The notes under the pieces: generated by a model
What the model was told of the DNA's origin: nothing
Seen by the model: the letters and a program-made list of their open reading frames with translations, nothing else
The model's database searches: none
Shown: positions 22,908 to 35,820 of the stretch, piece by piece
How the letters are laid out: the number at the start of each line of letters is the position of its first letter
Position numbering within the stretch: the first letter of the stretch is position 1
Position numbers and translations under genes: made by a program
NCBI GenBank assembly: GCA_017654855.1
Contig: CM030333.1
Coordinates: 1-64,000 of the forward strand
Direction: 5' to 3'
Source: Podospora anserina
Taxonomy: Eukaryota
Length of the DNA stretch: 64,000 nt

Positions 22908-25003
22908 CTATATGAGCAAAATACGCCGGGATGTGCTGTAACCCGTCCAGCACAACCGTTTCATATTCCTTCCAATCAGACCACACCGCCCAGAGAAATT
23001 GCCCACACGACGAAACGCTGGCTGACCATTTTCTTCTCCCGCTTCAAGTATAACAATTCCAAGAGTCTGCTCCCCTTCTTTGCGAAAATGGCGACAATGC
23101 CCCAGGACTAACAAGTAGGCTGGAGCAGTTTGATAGCCTTCTGTCCCATGATCTTCCACGTCTGGTTGAAAATATCCTCGTACCTTGCACTTTGCTTCTG
23201 TGTCCATGACATCGACTGTAAAAGAAAGGGATCCATCTTTTCCACATTTGCCATTTTTCTCATCCTCCACCACAATCTTCACCAAAACTCCCGTGATATC
23301 CACTGCGCCCCTACCTGAGCCATAAGGGTTCTCTGACGCCAGCTGTCTCGAAATATGGTGTATCGTTGCAGAAGAGACGAGAAGCGTAAACCTCTCGGGG
23401 TTCGGTACAAACCGACTTTCCCGGCAACAGACCCAAAAGACCATGATGGAGCTGAGCCCACTGGCAAACGGTGGCTTGCTTGCTTGCGTTTTGGATTTGG
23501 TTTGTGTCTCCAAAGCAGTCCTCGAACCGCATGATCAGAGAGGATTCCGTAATAGTATTGCTGCGAAGTAACACGGCAGAGACGGTCGGCAATTCCGGCG
23601 AGTGCTGTGAGCCGGTCTGTCTCAACGGTCAAACACCTGGCCGAGAATTCAAGAACAACAAGCTGCCAGTGTAAGTGAACAATACTGGACATGTTACCCC
23701 GAGCTTCCTGGACGAGCGGACCGTGTATCTGTGTCAACATGTTGTCATGTCCCGTTTCGACTTGGTGTTGGCATTCGGTCTCTGTCCACTTATTGATGGG
23801 GTAGACAAATGCCCTGCGAAAGACCAGGAACTGCTTGGGGACGCTACCCCAGAGTCGGCACTCGCAAGACACCTCTTTGGTACATTCCCAGGCCATTTCA
23901 AACGGAGTCAAGTGCAGCATGCGTTTGGAAAGCAGCCTTTCCTGCATGGTCCATCCACGCGAATGTAATCCGGATGTGAGCGATCTGGTGACGGGAACCT
24001 CGCGGGTAGATTCGATATCCGAGTCCGCGGCGTGGCTGAGAAATGGATAGCTCCTGCTTCGATGTCTCCTTGCATATATTGTACAACACTGACAGTCCGA
24101 GGAGCACTGTGTCGTCAGTGGCAACTGGACGGCCAGTGCCTCCGTGTCCCGATCCATCCTCTCCCCAAAGATACCACCATGGCAATCCGAGAACTGGTCA
24201 GCGCCAATGGTCGGGATTGCATTGGTGTAAATACTAGCCATCCTCGATGACTCTTTTGCCCAATCCTCTTGACTGTCCTGCATGATGCAGAGCGTGTCGA
24301 TCCAGAGATATGGTATACCAAGGGCTCTTGTTATCCTCACTGCGTCCCGGAAAGTCTGAGGAAGATCGTGCAGCAGAAATCCGTCTTTCCAGATGGAAAA
24401 GGTTTTTGCTGTCAGCTTGACTTTGGTCGGCATAGACCATCCCCAACAATGACTCAGTGCAATGTACGTTCCTCGAGACCCTTACGGTGGTGTGCATAGT
24501 TGGATGCGGTTGGGGTTTGCAGTGGACTGATGGGCAGAGATAACTCTGGTAGGAAGCTGGGGGTTGGCAGGCCCAGAGCACTCAGAGTGGTGTTTTCGGC
24601 ATTCATTCAACCATTCCTTGGCTAGATACCAACATTCTGGAGAGTCTGAATGGTTGGCAAGCCGTCTAGCCCAGCCAATACCCATTCCTATTCCTTGCTC
24701 TTCCACCCGCTTGCAAATCCTGTCGCGGGTGCTTGAGTGTCGAAACAGCTCCAGGACGTGAACGCTGTTGTTGGCAATTTTGACATGGATCTGCAGAGGG
24801 CCTCGAGGTTCAAGTGATGCTGGACAATCCACCAGTAAATCCAAAGCGAGTACCTGCTCCTGGAAGAAGTGTGAAGTCATAGACAAAAGCAAGCCACACC
24901 CTGCGCATCCGGTGATGGCTGTGGCCTTGACCAGTTCAGAATCAACCTCTCGCAGACTGACGTTGAGATGGAAACATATTTTACATGTGGTGGTATTGTC
25001 CAT
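22908..25003 (-). pseudogene. HET-domain (heterokaryon incompatibility) protein, disrupted
   Basis: WLNEC..HHSEC...LPTRVI, YIALSHCWG, LPQTFRDAVRITRALGIPYLWIDTLCIMQDS..DWAKESSRMASIY, RGWTMQERLLS, APSWS, FRRVG. In-frame TAA at 24482-24484 and a frameshift near 23400. Confidence 0.85.
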
Positions 25004-25340
25004 GGCGTTCGCAATGCTGAAGCAGATGGAAAAATCATGGATCATGGATATCCTGATACAATGTTTAGGGGCCATTAAAAGCTCGGACGACTGGCGTCAT
25101 GCGGGCTGACTCCTAGGCGTTCCGATAGGGGGCATTATGTGACAGTGTGGCTTGGAAATATTGGCAAGCTGCATGAGGCATTTCGACGTCCAGATGTCTA
25201 TCTAATATGCTGCTGAGTAAGACTAGTTCATGGAGGGTAGCCAGACTAGGTAGACCAACGGACTGTTTCTGTGCTTTAAACATGATTGTTCTCGCAGTAA
25301 AGCCCCCCCCCCTGCCACCCTGTTCTTCGCGTACCCTCGT

Positions 25341-26512
25341 CTACATAGCAACGCCCGGCAATTGTTTGAGCCCTGATGATAATACGGTCAGTATCAGATG
25401 ACAAGCGAACAAGGCTTTACTTACATCCTGAAAAGTCCTCTCTGACGAAATCACGAACAGTGCACTTGTTCTGCTGTGCAATGGTCTGAGTCTTGAGCAT
25501 GGGCGCGCTGACGTAGGTGTGCGCGTCCATGGCTCTTTGGAGCGAGTCCCCCTCCCAGCCAAAGACGTAGTCGGCATGATTGGCGAAGCCACTGCCATCT
25601 CCGCTCGACCAGAAAAATGGCTGGCTGCCATCAGCAGGCCAGTCTTCCTTGTTGTTAAAGGCACGTGTGTCCCAGACTGTTTCGAGCAAGATCTGGGGCA
25701 GCCGCACAGGATGGGAAGCTGGGCATCGGCCTCCGGACTCAAATGTGCCTGTCTCGGGGTAGGCAACATGGTCTCTGTGGTTGGGAGAATCCAGGTTGAC
25801 ACCATCCCAGCAAGTCGGGAATCGATGGTTCGCCATGATTCCACCGCGGCAGGGAGTTGGGGGGAAGCTGATGTACTCGGGGGCACGGCTGGCCTGGCTC
25901 TCCATGCAGGTAAAGGTCAGTTGGCGCCAGTCTCTGGCTTGATCTCGCGTGCTGTATGATGGGTCGCCGACCAGCATGCGAAAGCCGGGCTTGAAGGCGG
26001 TGACCTTTGACTTTTGTGCTGTGTCGAAAAGGGCATCGCTCATGTAGTAAACAACCTACATTGGATGTTAGCAACTTTCAGCATGCGCATCAACAAACTT
26101 ACCATGCCGCCGTTGGTTCCCTCCATACCATTCTGGGCAATCTGGGGCACTCTCTTAAAGGTGCCATTCCTGGCACGGAAGAACATAACGGCTGTCCAGT
26201 AGTTGGAAAAGTCTTCGGTGAACTGGCAGGACGTGCATGTTGAGAGCTTGGGGAGATCGAACCCGTCTTTCGGGTCCATGGAGATATTGAAGGAGTTCTA
26301 TTGGCACTGCAAGTTAGCTTCTTGGAAATGTTGTAGCAGGCAAGTGGTCTACATACACCTCCAATAATTTGATGAAGATGGGGCGATGGGCTTTGGCCGG
26401 GATTCACCAACGGATCTAGCCTCTGTACTGTCAGCTGGGAGCACCCAAACCGAAGCAAAGCCTGGGTGGGCGACAGCAGCCCAGAGGCGGCGAGAATGGC
26501 GTTCCACTTCAT
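25341..26512 (-). CDS. Secreted DUF1996 domain protein (3 introns)
   Basis: Signal peptide MKWNAILAASGLL; RLDPLVNPG..PSPHLHQIIGG, STCTSC...EDFSNYW, FPTCWDGVNLDSPNH, HADYVFGW. Confidence 0.9.
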
Positions 26513-27194
26513 GGCGTGGATGGTAGGGAATAGGCACACAGGAGATCTCTTGACCAAAACCAGCAGGAGGATCAGACTGAAAAGAGTGTGAAAGGGCTGG
26601 AGTAGATATGGCAGTGGAAATGCTCAACCTGCTTAGAACAATGACTGCCGATCTAACAATACCAGTCTATCCACGAATTAGATAGGTGCTCTTAATTAGG
26701 CCTTCTAGACGTGTTGTTTAATAGAGTAGCACTATATTTCGGTTCGTGAACCGAGCGATAGTGGGTTTTGATGACGGTTAATATGCCATGCGCATCTCAA
26801 CCCCGGGAGTTGGAGAAGTGGCAATAGTACTGAGCCCAGCTTCTGTTCAGTCCAGATCCCATGACGCATAGCCCGAGTCCTACTGTGACTATTCCCTGCC
26901 AATAATCACTTTGTAGATTGACCCGGCGTCGACTCCTCGGCCTCCTGGTTGGCTAGTCAAGAGAGGTGCTATATGAGCGGCTGTATTCCCATTCGACAGG
27001 AAAACTGCCGACTGGGTATAATCACAAACCATGCGCCGGACCCATTGCCGACGGGGTCGCCTTGTCATTAAGCCACACCCTCAGCGCGAGTGGAATCCAG
27101 CAAGTATATCTGAACATGCGTCTCAAGCGAGGTTGTGTGCGATTCCACATCACCACATCGGTCCCTACTCACTCTGCCCTTCACCAAACACACG

Positions 27195-27523
27195 ATGCAG
27201 CTGTCCCTCGGCCTCCTCGCCCTGTGGGCTTCCACGTCCCTAGGACAGTCGATGCAGGAGTGCACACGAGAGCTCGCCAGGACAGATGAATGCGCCGATG
27301 TTATCAACCCTAATGCGTGCTACAACATGTACCGGTTCAACAGCGCGCGAACATTGTCATGTATCGAAGGCAAGGATGATGCCGAAAGAAAGAGAAAGGT
27401 AGACTTGGCCCAAAGATTTGATGTGTTGACCTCAAGGTGCTGACATATTGCTAGGCTTGCATGTGTTGCACGTGTGTTGGGACCGTCATGTGCAACTGGC
27501 TGCGGACCAATCGTTACTGTTGA
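27195..27523 (+). CDS. Small secreted cysteine-rich protein (10 Cys, one intron)
   Basis: MQLSLGLLALWASTSLG-QSMQEC...ERKRK | GT..CTGAC..TAG intron (27399-27454) | ACMCCTCVGTVMCNWLRTNRYC*. Confidence 0.8.
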
Positions 27524-27591
27524 GGGTCGAGGATGGGGAACCCGGATGTATCTACAAGCAATCTTTTATTCTTCAATACTCAACATAACAA

Positions 27592-28299
27592 TCAGCTACT
27601 CAAAGCAGGCAGTTCTCGTACCCATTTTCCCTCATTCTCAGCCCAGTCGGTGAGCCACTTGGCCAGAATTGATCTGTTCAACTTTCCCGTCCAGGCGTTG
27701 CTCACCGGGCCAGCTTGAGCCTCACCCTTTTCACGGTCCGCCTTCCAAGCCGTCTCATCGCTTCCTCCCAGGAGCATGGGCAACCTAAAGATGGTCCAGT
27801 CGATGTCTGCTTCCTCCTTGAAAACACTAGCAATCCCAAGCATGGCATTATATGCGGCTGGGAACATCCAGCTCACGCCTGTTCGCAGAATCCACCTCGA
27901 AAAGACGGCAGTGTCGTCCTCTGTATAGATGGAGATCGTGCCCATTGCAGCAATGCGCTTGATCCCGTGCTTCTTCATCACGGGCAGCACGTGGTTTTCG
28001 TAGAATGCCGGATATGGAAGTGGTGTACGAGACGACATGGACTCCTGGACTGGGCCCATGAGGGATATGATTGCGCTGCACTGAGCAACGGCTTCACCGA
28101 GGGTTGCGTCATCGTCGATCTGGCCATGCACCACCTGAAGATTGTCGGGGTTGGAAGACACGAGATCGGCTGGGATTTTGGAAGCGGAGGTTGGGCGCAC
28201 AAAGGCGATAACTCGCTTCTTGCGATGAAGAAGCTCGCGGAGAAGGCAGATACCAGAGGGCCCGGTCGAGCCCAGAACGAGGATTGGTTTGTCTGCCAT
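27592..28299 (-). CDS. NAD(P)-binding Rossmann oxidoreductase (NmrA / biliverdin reductase B-like)
   Basis: ILVLGSTGPSG nucleotide-binding motif and DWTIFR; 235 aa single ORF. Confidence 0.85.
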   Translation of the reverse strand: MADKPILVLGSTGPSGICLLRELLHRKKRVIAFVRPTSASKIPADLVSSNPDNLQVVHGQIDDDATLGEAVAQCSAIISLMGPVQESMSSRTPLPYPAFYENHVLPVMKKHGIKRIAAMGTISIYTEDDTAVFSRWILRTGVSWMFPAAYNAMLGIASVFKEEADIDWTIFRLPMLLGGSDETAWKADREKGEAQAGPVSNAWTGKLNRSILAKWLTDWAENEGKWVRELPALSS

Positions 28300-28514
28300 C
28301 AGATATGATCGCCAGCTGAGAATGTTGAACTACCTAGTTGCGAGACTGATGACATGGCGCGCGGAGGTCTTATCTTACCACGGGTGAGTGAGTAAGCAAG
28401 TGGGAGAAGGCAGAATAAATTAATCATCGGTGGGGCTTTTCTCCACTCACCCCGAACCAATCATTGGACACAATACACCATTATCCATTTCTTTGTGATT
28501 CCTCACAAGCCATG

Positions 28515-29645
28515 CTATACTTCGTGTACCTGTATCTGCGGCCTGTTGCTTTTTGGTTCTTTTGGGGCAGCCGGCGCATGAGTAGGCCGAAAGGTGTGTG
28601 GAGCATAGACGGCTGTGTTGGTGTCCCACAGCGTCTCCTCGCTCTGCGCTCGAGCTTGGTCTTCCAAGTCGCTCCGTTCCCAGAGAGAGAGCTCGGCAGT
28701 GAGCATCGTCTCGGTTGCTCCAAAGCTCTTATTTTCCTTGGAGAAAGCAGACGACTTGTGCATTTTGTAGCTGTCTTTTTGCAGTGTTCGCTTTGTATGG
28801 GAGTAAAGGCTTCGGAAAGAGCCGGCACAGGGCGACCGTGATTGCTGTGAAATCTACATGTTAGACCTGCTCCTTGTCAATACGAATCAATCTCACTCAA
28901 TGTCATCTCAATCGTCCACAACAACATCCAACTTAGGCCCGGGAGGTGGATTGATGGCCATACGCGTTTCACATAATCGTTGCCACCAACATGGCAACAG
29001 TGAGACAACAGATCCCGCTAAGCATGAGCTTCTTCTTCCAAGGTATGGATGCGCGCCAGACGATATTGCCGGAAACCACAACAACCAAGACATCTGACGA
29101 GATATCCATGGCCATCTGAACGTAGCTCCGAGTGATTGCGACATTCTTGATGTCTGTCGCTCGACATTTTACTGTAAGAGTCAGTCAGCTATCAATATCA
29201 AGCGAGGGAAGCCTCCACTAACCGATGATGTCAAATCAACTGGCGGCGAAGCATTGAAAGTCCAGCATGCCGATTGTGACACCGTAGCTCGCCAGAATGT
29301 AGACGAGCACGCACCACCACAGGATTTGCTGATGCCGAATCTGCTTCCCAAGTCCGTGAAAGAAGACCATAAAGGCCAGCTTGATGAGCCACAACGATGT
29401 CCAAGTACACATGTAGCTTGCTATGATTCCGCGAAGACCTTCGGTGGCCTTGTCCATAAGAGTCATGGCCACAGATAGGTCGAAGTCATCGACATTTTCA
29501 ATCATGAGATAAAGGTTCTGGGCCAAGACGGTCCATAAGAGTGAGCAAGCAAGGCAGAGGATAAGTAGGCAATGACCAGGCAGTCATCCGCCTTGAGCCT
29601 CTTGAATCGTCTGAGACGAAGATAAATCCGGGTTGCTACTATCAT
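28515..29645 (-). pseudogene. PTH11-like fungal integral membrane (rhodopsin-domain) protein, degraded
   Basis: RIYLRLRRFKRLKADD, WTSLWLIKLAFMVFF, MDISSDVLV...WKKKL. Frameshift near 29565, in-frame TGA at 29236-29238, and further lesions downstream. Confidence 0.7.
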
Positions 29646-30189
29646 GATTGAGAATGCTGTCCCCGACCACATAAGCCCCTGGTGTAAAAGATGTGTGCGA
29701 GTAAGGTATTGTCTGACAGATAATCATTGGACTCGATGACATACCAGCAATGTTGCCTGGGAAATGACTGGGTCTTTGAGCTGCGAGCCCACCAAAGGCC
29801 GAGGTCAGACATGTTCAAACCTAAGGACAAAAAGTTATGGTGTCCGGAGCCACAATGTCAAGTCTCAGACCTTTGGAAATGCCTCGAAATTATATCTCGG
29901 TGCTGTGCGATGGACTCATCTCACTGAGTCGCCTCTGCGTCTTTGTTGGCTCGCATAGGTGGTGTTGATCCATTACCTAGTTGCATGAAGAGCATTGCGT
30001 TGGCAGCTGTGCCACGGTTAGATCATTGCAAGACGCCTTGGGTCAATCATGGTGTTGTCACTATTGCTGAACGCCACCCCCCTGCATTGAATCAACAGCA
30101 GTGTTTGGAAAAGCTTGCGGATCTTTATTTTTTTCTCACTAAATCATCTGTCTGGTTGGCTCATCTGCATCTCGAGATCCAACTCACGG

Positions 30190-30766
30190 TTACTGAATCC
30201 ACCAGTCCACCAAATACCCTGTGGCAAATGCAAAAACGCCCTTGTGCAGCAGATCCACGACTTGCTCGTCTACCGGCCAGGTCCAAGGCAAAGCTCCAAC
30301 GCCCGTCCAATTTTCCAGCGTCTGGTCAATCAACAGCCTAACACCCATAAACATAAAGTCGGTGAATGGCCCTCTCATGCCCAAAGAATAACTTGCAACT
30401 GCTCTGATCACGGCAGCAGCTGCACCTTGGCCATAATGCATTGCCATGTTGAGACCCCACAGCTGCTGGTCGCTTTGAGGAGTGACCCCAAGCAACCTAG
30501 CGAGAGTTTTGGCTGGCACGTAGGAGTTGGGGCGGCCTGTAAAAAACTGTTCGACTTTTTCGCTAACCGTCATACTGCAATTATTAGAGTTGCAAGTAAA
30601 CGGCATTGACCTGAATGAGAACTTACGCAGCAACTCCTAAGAACCCGGCCGACAGACCATATACTATCACTCTACGCCAGGGCATGATGGGCCGAGGACG
30701 GATTGGGTCTGTGGTCCGCCGCAAGGTTGGTGCAGATAGGCTTTGGTTAAGAGCTTTGGGGTCCAT
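30190..30766 (-). CDS. Conserved hypothetical membrane protein (one intron)
   Basis: MDPKAL...GLSAGFLGVAA | intron | MTVSEKVEQFFTGRPNSYVPAKTLARLLG...HYGQG...DQTLENWTGVGALPWTWP...HKGVFA. Confidence 0.75.
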
Positions 30767-31433
30767 GGTCGGTGATGTGGTCGCCGAGTATTGTGACGAT
30801 GTAAAGTGATTGCAAGTACGGCGAGGGAAACTTTGAGTTCAACAAGCATCCGCTCGATAGTCTGTGACGTCACCACTTACTCATCCTCAAAACAAAAGCT
30901 AATCATACGGGGACTGGTAATCGCATACTGTATCTGAAAGCTCCAGCAAACAAAAGATTATTTTCACATGTACTGGCGATGTGCAAGGTGTGGTAAAGCT
31001 GAAGAGGAGGAAGGGAGCGGGTGTTCAAGTTCAGATGTTGACACTGACAGAACGGCACAAAAGGTCACCGACTCGTTGTGTAACCTAATTTCGTTCACAG
31101 CATTGATTCCACGCTCCGGTTGTGTTTTTAACAGCTTCGGCCCCAGAATCCTATTGATAGCTATCGAGATGTTTGTTGCATTCCAACTGCGCTTGCCGAG
31201 AAGTGGTGCCTTTGCATTGATCGGCCGAAGGAAGGAAGCGCCAAGCGAAATAACCGCCCCCAACAACAGCATCTCCTGAGCCATGCGCCCTGTGCCGCAT
31301 CTTGGCGCCCCCAGCCGACCTGCACAGCCAAATCGATGGGACCGGGAGTTGCATCTCGCGAGCAATCCTTCCCTCTTCCTACTCCTACTTTTTCTTCTCC
31401 AGATCTTGATCCGGCGGTCCTGCAGCGACCACA

Positions 31434-32411
31434 ATGCGAACGCTACTCGCTCTCGCGCTTCTCAGTGCTCAGGCGGTCAGCCAGAATGGCCACAATGATG
31501 TCTGGTTCATCTACCCAACCGAAGGCCACACGTATCAACACATGGACACGATCAACGTCACATATGAAAGCCCATTTCCAACCCCAACGCTATTCGGCTG
31601 GTGCGATGGAGGCGGCCGCAACTTTTACGACCAGCGGGTGCCAGGATACAACGCTTCAGTTGCTGTTGTGCTCAACTTCACCTCTGGCACACCATGTTGG
31701 TTCAACCTTAGGCCAGGAAGAGTAGCTGGATTTGGCGCCAACAGCCCATCTTTCAATCTCCTCGGCGTCGAACGGCCTTCTGGAGGCATCGTTCACGGAC
31801 CCGACACGTCTGAATCCGACCGCACCCCGCCAGAGTCCCCAACCACATCCGCAACCACATCCCCAACACCGACGACCGCGGCTCCTACGGAAAGCCATGT
31901 CCTGGATGACAGTAACGTCAGTCCCGGCGAGCAACATGAACCTACACCAACAACAACCCCAAATCCAGAACCGCCCGACGAGAAATTCCGCGGGGATGGC
32001 GGCGGGCTAGGTGGTGGGCAATCAGCAGGCATCGTTGTCGGCGCCATTGTCGGCGTCCTTGCCATCGCCGCCGGCTTGTTCTTTTGGTGGAAGAGGAGGT
32101 CCAGAGGGGCAGACTCGGGAGAGCAAATACCGCAGCATGATGGCTCTCACCACAGTCACTGCCAACATCACAGCGGCCAGGCCCTTTCATGGCAACACGA
32201 AGCGGGAGCAGCAAGTCCATGGAGCCAAAGCCCCGCAACCTACGTAAATGGTCACCAATACAACGGAGCGTGCACATGTATGTGTCCCACGCGCGGGCAA
32301 CCCCAAGTCAAACGGTGGCCGGTAGAAGTGAGCAGCACGAATTCACCATCGGAGCTCTCGTCATCAGATCCTGCGTGGGCGGCGAAACCAAAATACGAAA
32401 TGCCGGCTTGA
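31434..32411 (+). CDS. Signal-peptide, Ser/Thr/Pro-rich single-pass membrane protein (Mid2-like architecture)
   Basis: Signal peptide, T/P-rich stalk, TM segment AGIVVGAIVGVLAIAAGLFFWW followed by KRR. Confidence 0.8.
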   Translation: MRTLLALALLSAQAVSQNGHNDVWFIYPTEGHTYQHMDTINVTYESPFPTPTLFGWCDGGGRNFYDQRVPGYNASVAVVLNFTSGTPCWFNLRPGRVAGFGANSPSFNLLGVERPSGGIVHGPDTSESDRTPPESPTTSATTSPTPTTAAPTESHVLDDSNVSPGEQHEPTPTTTPNPEPPDEKFRGDGGGLGGGQSAGIVVGAIVGVLAIAAGLFFWWKRRSRGADSGEQIPQHDGSHHSHCQHHSGQALSWQHEAGAASPWSQSPATYVNGHQYNGACTCMCPTRGQPQVKRWPVEVSSTNSPSELSSSDPAWAAKPKYEMPA

Positions 32412-32796
32412 GGGCGGTTTTCATGTACATACACAGAGCTTTTTAATGCCAAACGTTGTCGACACCAACTTGTGGAGAACAAGACCCAAAAGACGGAAGC
32501 TAGGGGGCTTGGCATACCAGATTTAAGGGGCAGACCTTCCTGAATGGCATGGCTGGTAATTTCTAATGTTATGATCGGGTCATGCCAAACGACAGTGGCC
32601 GTTTCATCGCCTCGAGACAATGATTGGATGCGGTTTCAGGAAGCTCCCCTTGGGCGACATCACCAGTCTTGGCCAGGCGCCCTCCATTTTGAGTGTGAAC
32701 AATAAAGCCGGGACAAAAGTATATATAAATTCTTACAAAATACGCCAGTATCGTGTGGTTTGTTAATGTCGAGCCTCTTGTCGAACCCAAACAACC

Positions 32797-34818
32797 ATGC
32801 TAACAGCCTCAAAGATTAGCCACATCATCGGGGCAGTCGGTCTGGTTCTTGTCACCGTCCTGTACATTGCGCTTCTGCTGATACCATGGGTCTTTACATG
32901 TGGCCTCAGCACCGGCCCCGTCTGGGTATCAAATCCCAAGACGTGGACAGAGCTACCTCGTGGGGTTGAACCCATCAATGTGGACCGCATGGCCGACTAC
33001 GACAAAGCGATCAAGACCATGAACACCATCACCTCCATCTTCGCCATACCAGTCGTGTACGCCGTCGTCCAACGTGCTGCCAGTGTTGGGTCGCAGTCCA
33101 AGCATAACTTGTGGGACAATGCCGTCTTGTCGTGGTTGGCAGTCATCCTCATCATGATCAGTGCGTCACTCATTCTGATCGTTAATCCTCTTGCTAACTC
33201 ATCATGTCCAGCTCTGATTCTACCTCCCATTCGCACTCTTGTCGTGAGCCATGAGACCATCAAGGTTCCAACCTCCTTTCTCGGCCAAGGTTTTAAGGCT
33301 CTTGACGCTACACCTCAAATGCTAGAGATGGTCAGCGAAAATGGGGTGGTGGAAAAAGTCAAACACGGCCTGGTCAACTCCCAAGAGTCTGATAGACACC
33401 CACAATTATGGCCCGAAGCTGGCCAGGCATCAGACGTGTCAAGAACACCCTCGCTCGGCGGGTTTCGTCCAGCCAATGAGCCTGACATAATGGATCTTTC
33501 CCACCAACACATGTTTGTTTCATTAGTCCCCAGACCGAACACGGGCTACTACCGAAGCCATGCTTTGCGGATGAAGAGTCTTCCGGATTGCAAGGCGATT
33601 GCCCAGTTTCCCCCGGTTTGCTCTGGACCAAGACCATTTGCAAGAGTCTTTGAATCACCAAACACCTTGGTGACTGTTTGCGTACCCGGGGCATCAGGAC
33701 GCTCGCCATGGCCGGACAGGAGCCAAGACAGACGCGAGATCAAGGAAGATCTGTTCATACGGATGGTCCGGAATGTTTTGACTGGTGATGTCCGAAATCC
33801 TTCGCAAATCAGGCATCAGAAAACATACCATTGCACAGCAACCACGACAAGGGGGTACTTTGAGTTGCCCAAATATCTCAACGAAGAGAAAGTTGGGCCA
33901 CTGCTAAACACATTCCGTGATCTGGGGCTTGATGACCTAGAAGGGCACTTTGTCGACGTGAGGTAAGTCTGCTTACTCCCTCTGGCTTTCGGCAAACTGA
34001 TGCTTACATCAACCAGTCCTAATCGTGACGTGCCGCTTGGCAGCCCCGATTTTGTTCAAAACTTTACCACCGATCCATTCTTATCCCTCGGGCCGACCGA
34101 GCCATCAAACATTGCCCCAGGGCCGCTCATGATCTCCGCCCAGGCTCTTTTTGGTAACCAAACTTGGTTCCACACCCTGGCTCGGGCTTTTGTCAACAGC
34201 ACGGCGTCCAACAATGCATCGCTCCCGCGACTTGACGCCCTGGAGACGCTTCAGATGGTGTGCTTGGAAAACAACATGCCTCTGGCACGGTTTTCTGCCT
34301 TTCCTCCAGCCGAGCTGGTCATTTCTGACCGTCGCATGTCCAAGGAATGTCAATCTGTTCTCACTCCCCGGAGCATGCAAGAGGACAGAATCACAGAGCA
34401 ACAAGCCGCGACCAAGTTGGAAAACATGATGAACGACTTCCTTTCAGTGTTTGAACGAGGGCCCAACACGACCTTGTGGACTGCCATGGTTCTGGCAAAC
34501 GAAGCTGTCTTGCAGGCCGCCACCCAGGATAGTACCTTGGCGCGCAAAGTGTTTGTCGATCTGGGCCAGGTGATGACGAACAAGCCCGTCCTAACCCAAG
34601 GCGCAGTTGTTGGTGTGAGCCTTCTCGTTGCGTTCCAGGTATTGGGGCTGGTAGTTTTGGCAGTGTATTTGATGATTGGGAGCTTTGAACCAGCCTGGTT
34701 CATGAAGAGATTTGCGGGCGATGGGGAGACGGGGGCTGGTAGCAAAGGGGTAACGAACGAGTATGATGAGGAACCCCTGAGGGACCTGAGCACGCCAGCG
34801 GGTAGTGAGAGACGGTAG
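32797..34818 (+). CDS. Hypothetical fungal membrane protein (introns near 33160-33210 and 33963-34017)
   Basis: Two long ORFs joined by a GTAAGT..CAG intron; N- and C-terminal hydrophobic helices; motifs TTRGYFELP and PGPLMISAQALFG. Confidence 0.7.
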
Positions 34819-35820
34819 GGGGTCGATGTGTGCACGGGCCCTACAAACGAATGGCATGCTTGAACCAAGACGACTGACTCGATGAGTTGCAACATTGGAT
34901 GGCCAGCACGATTCGTGTGTCCTTGGCTCTGAAATGTGCTGCTGCCCTTGAGTTCCCATTTTGCGGCATCGCAGATGACGTGATGGTCGGTTATGCAGTT
35001 GTGAATATCATCCCCCACGCTGACCATGCCCCCACCAAACATGACCGGTTGAGAGCGGATTTAAGCCGGGGCCAGAATGGTGTCACTTTCCTGTCTTTGA
35101 CGCGACTCGAAAATTCCCATAGACAACCCCAACCCTTCCCCTTTATGCCGCTGTTGTTGTCGTTGAAAGAAGCACGCCATTATCTTGGCCTCTGGCAACC
35201 ATGCTGTGTAGAAATGATAGTTTGAGTAGCTGGTGTTTTGCCAACGACGTGCTTACTACTTTGGCCCTAGTGGTTCTGTCTGCTGTAGAGGTCTAGACTG
35301 GTCGTTGAACAACAGGGACATCACAAACGACATCGGAGATATGCACTTTGCCGCATCAAAAGGGCTGGAAGCGCGGGTGGACGTCTGTCGGGACCTATAT
35401 CCCGGATCTGGGGCAAGATCCCAGTGGCAATCCATCCCACAGAACAGACAACATCCCAGTGGCTGCTCTGGTGGCCTTCGACTCTCCCGAGGTGCAATGC
35501 AACCTGCGCATATCACACAATGCCATACACGTGCAAGATTGCGCCATTGATAACAGCTCCAAGGTGGAAAGACTGTCAATCCTGACCATGGCGCAAGACT
35601 TCCTGGTGTTGACAACATTGCTACAAACTGCAACCCTGGCGAGTAAGAGGCCGGGAACGCTGACGTTGTGGTTGAGGATCGCCCTGGCTCTATATAAACC
35701 TCTCCCACATGTTACATCCGCGGAGATGCAAACTGTGTCTCAGGCGGTACCTACAGCACGAGGTCCTACCCAGCACATCTTCCATCTTGGTTTCCGGCCT
35801 GCCGGAACGCTGCCGTCAAC

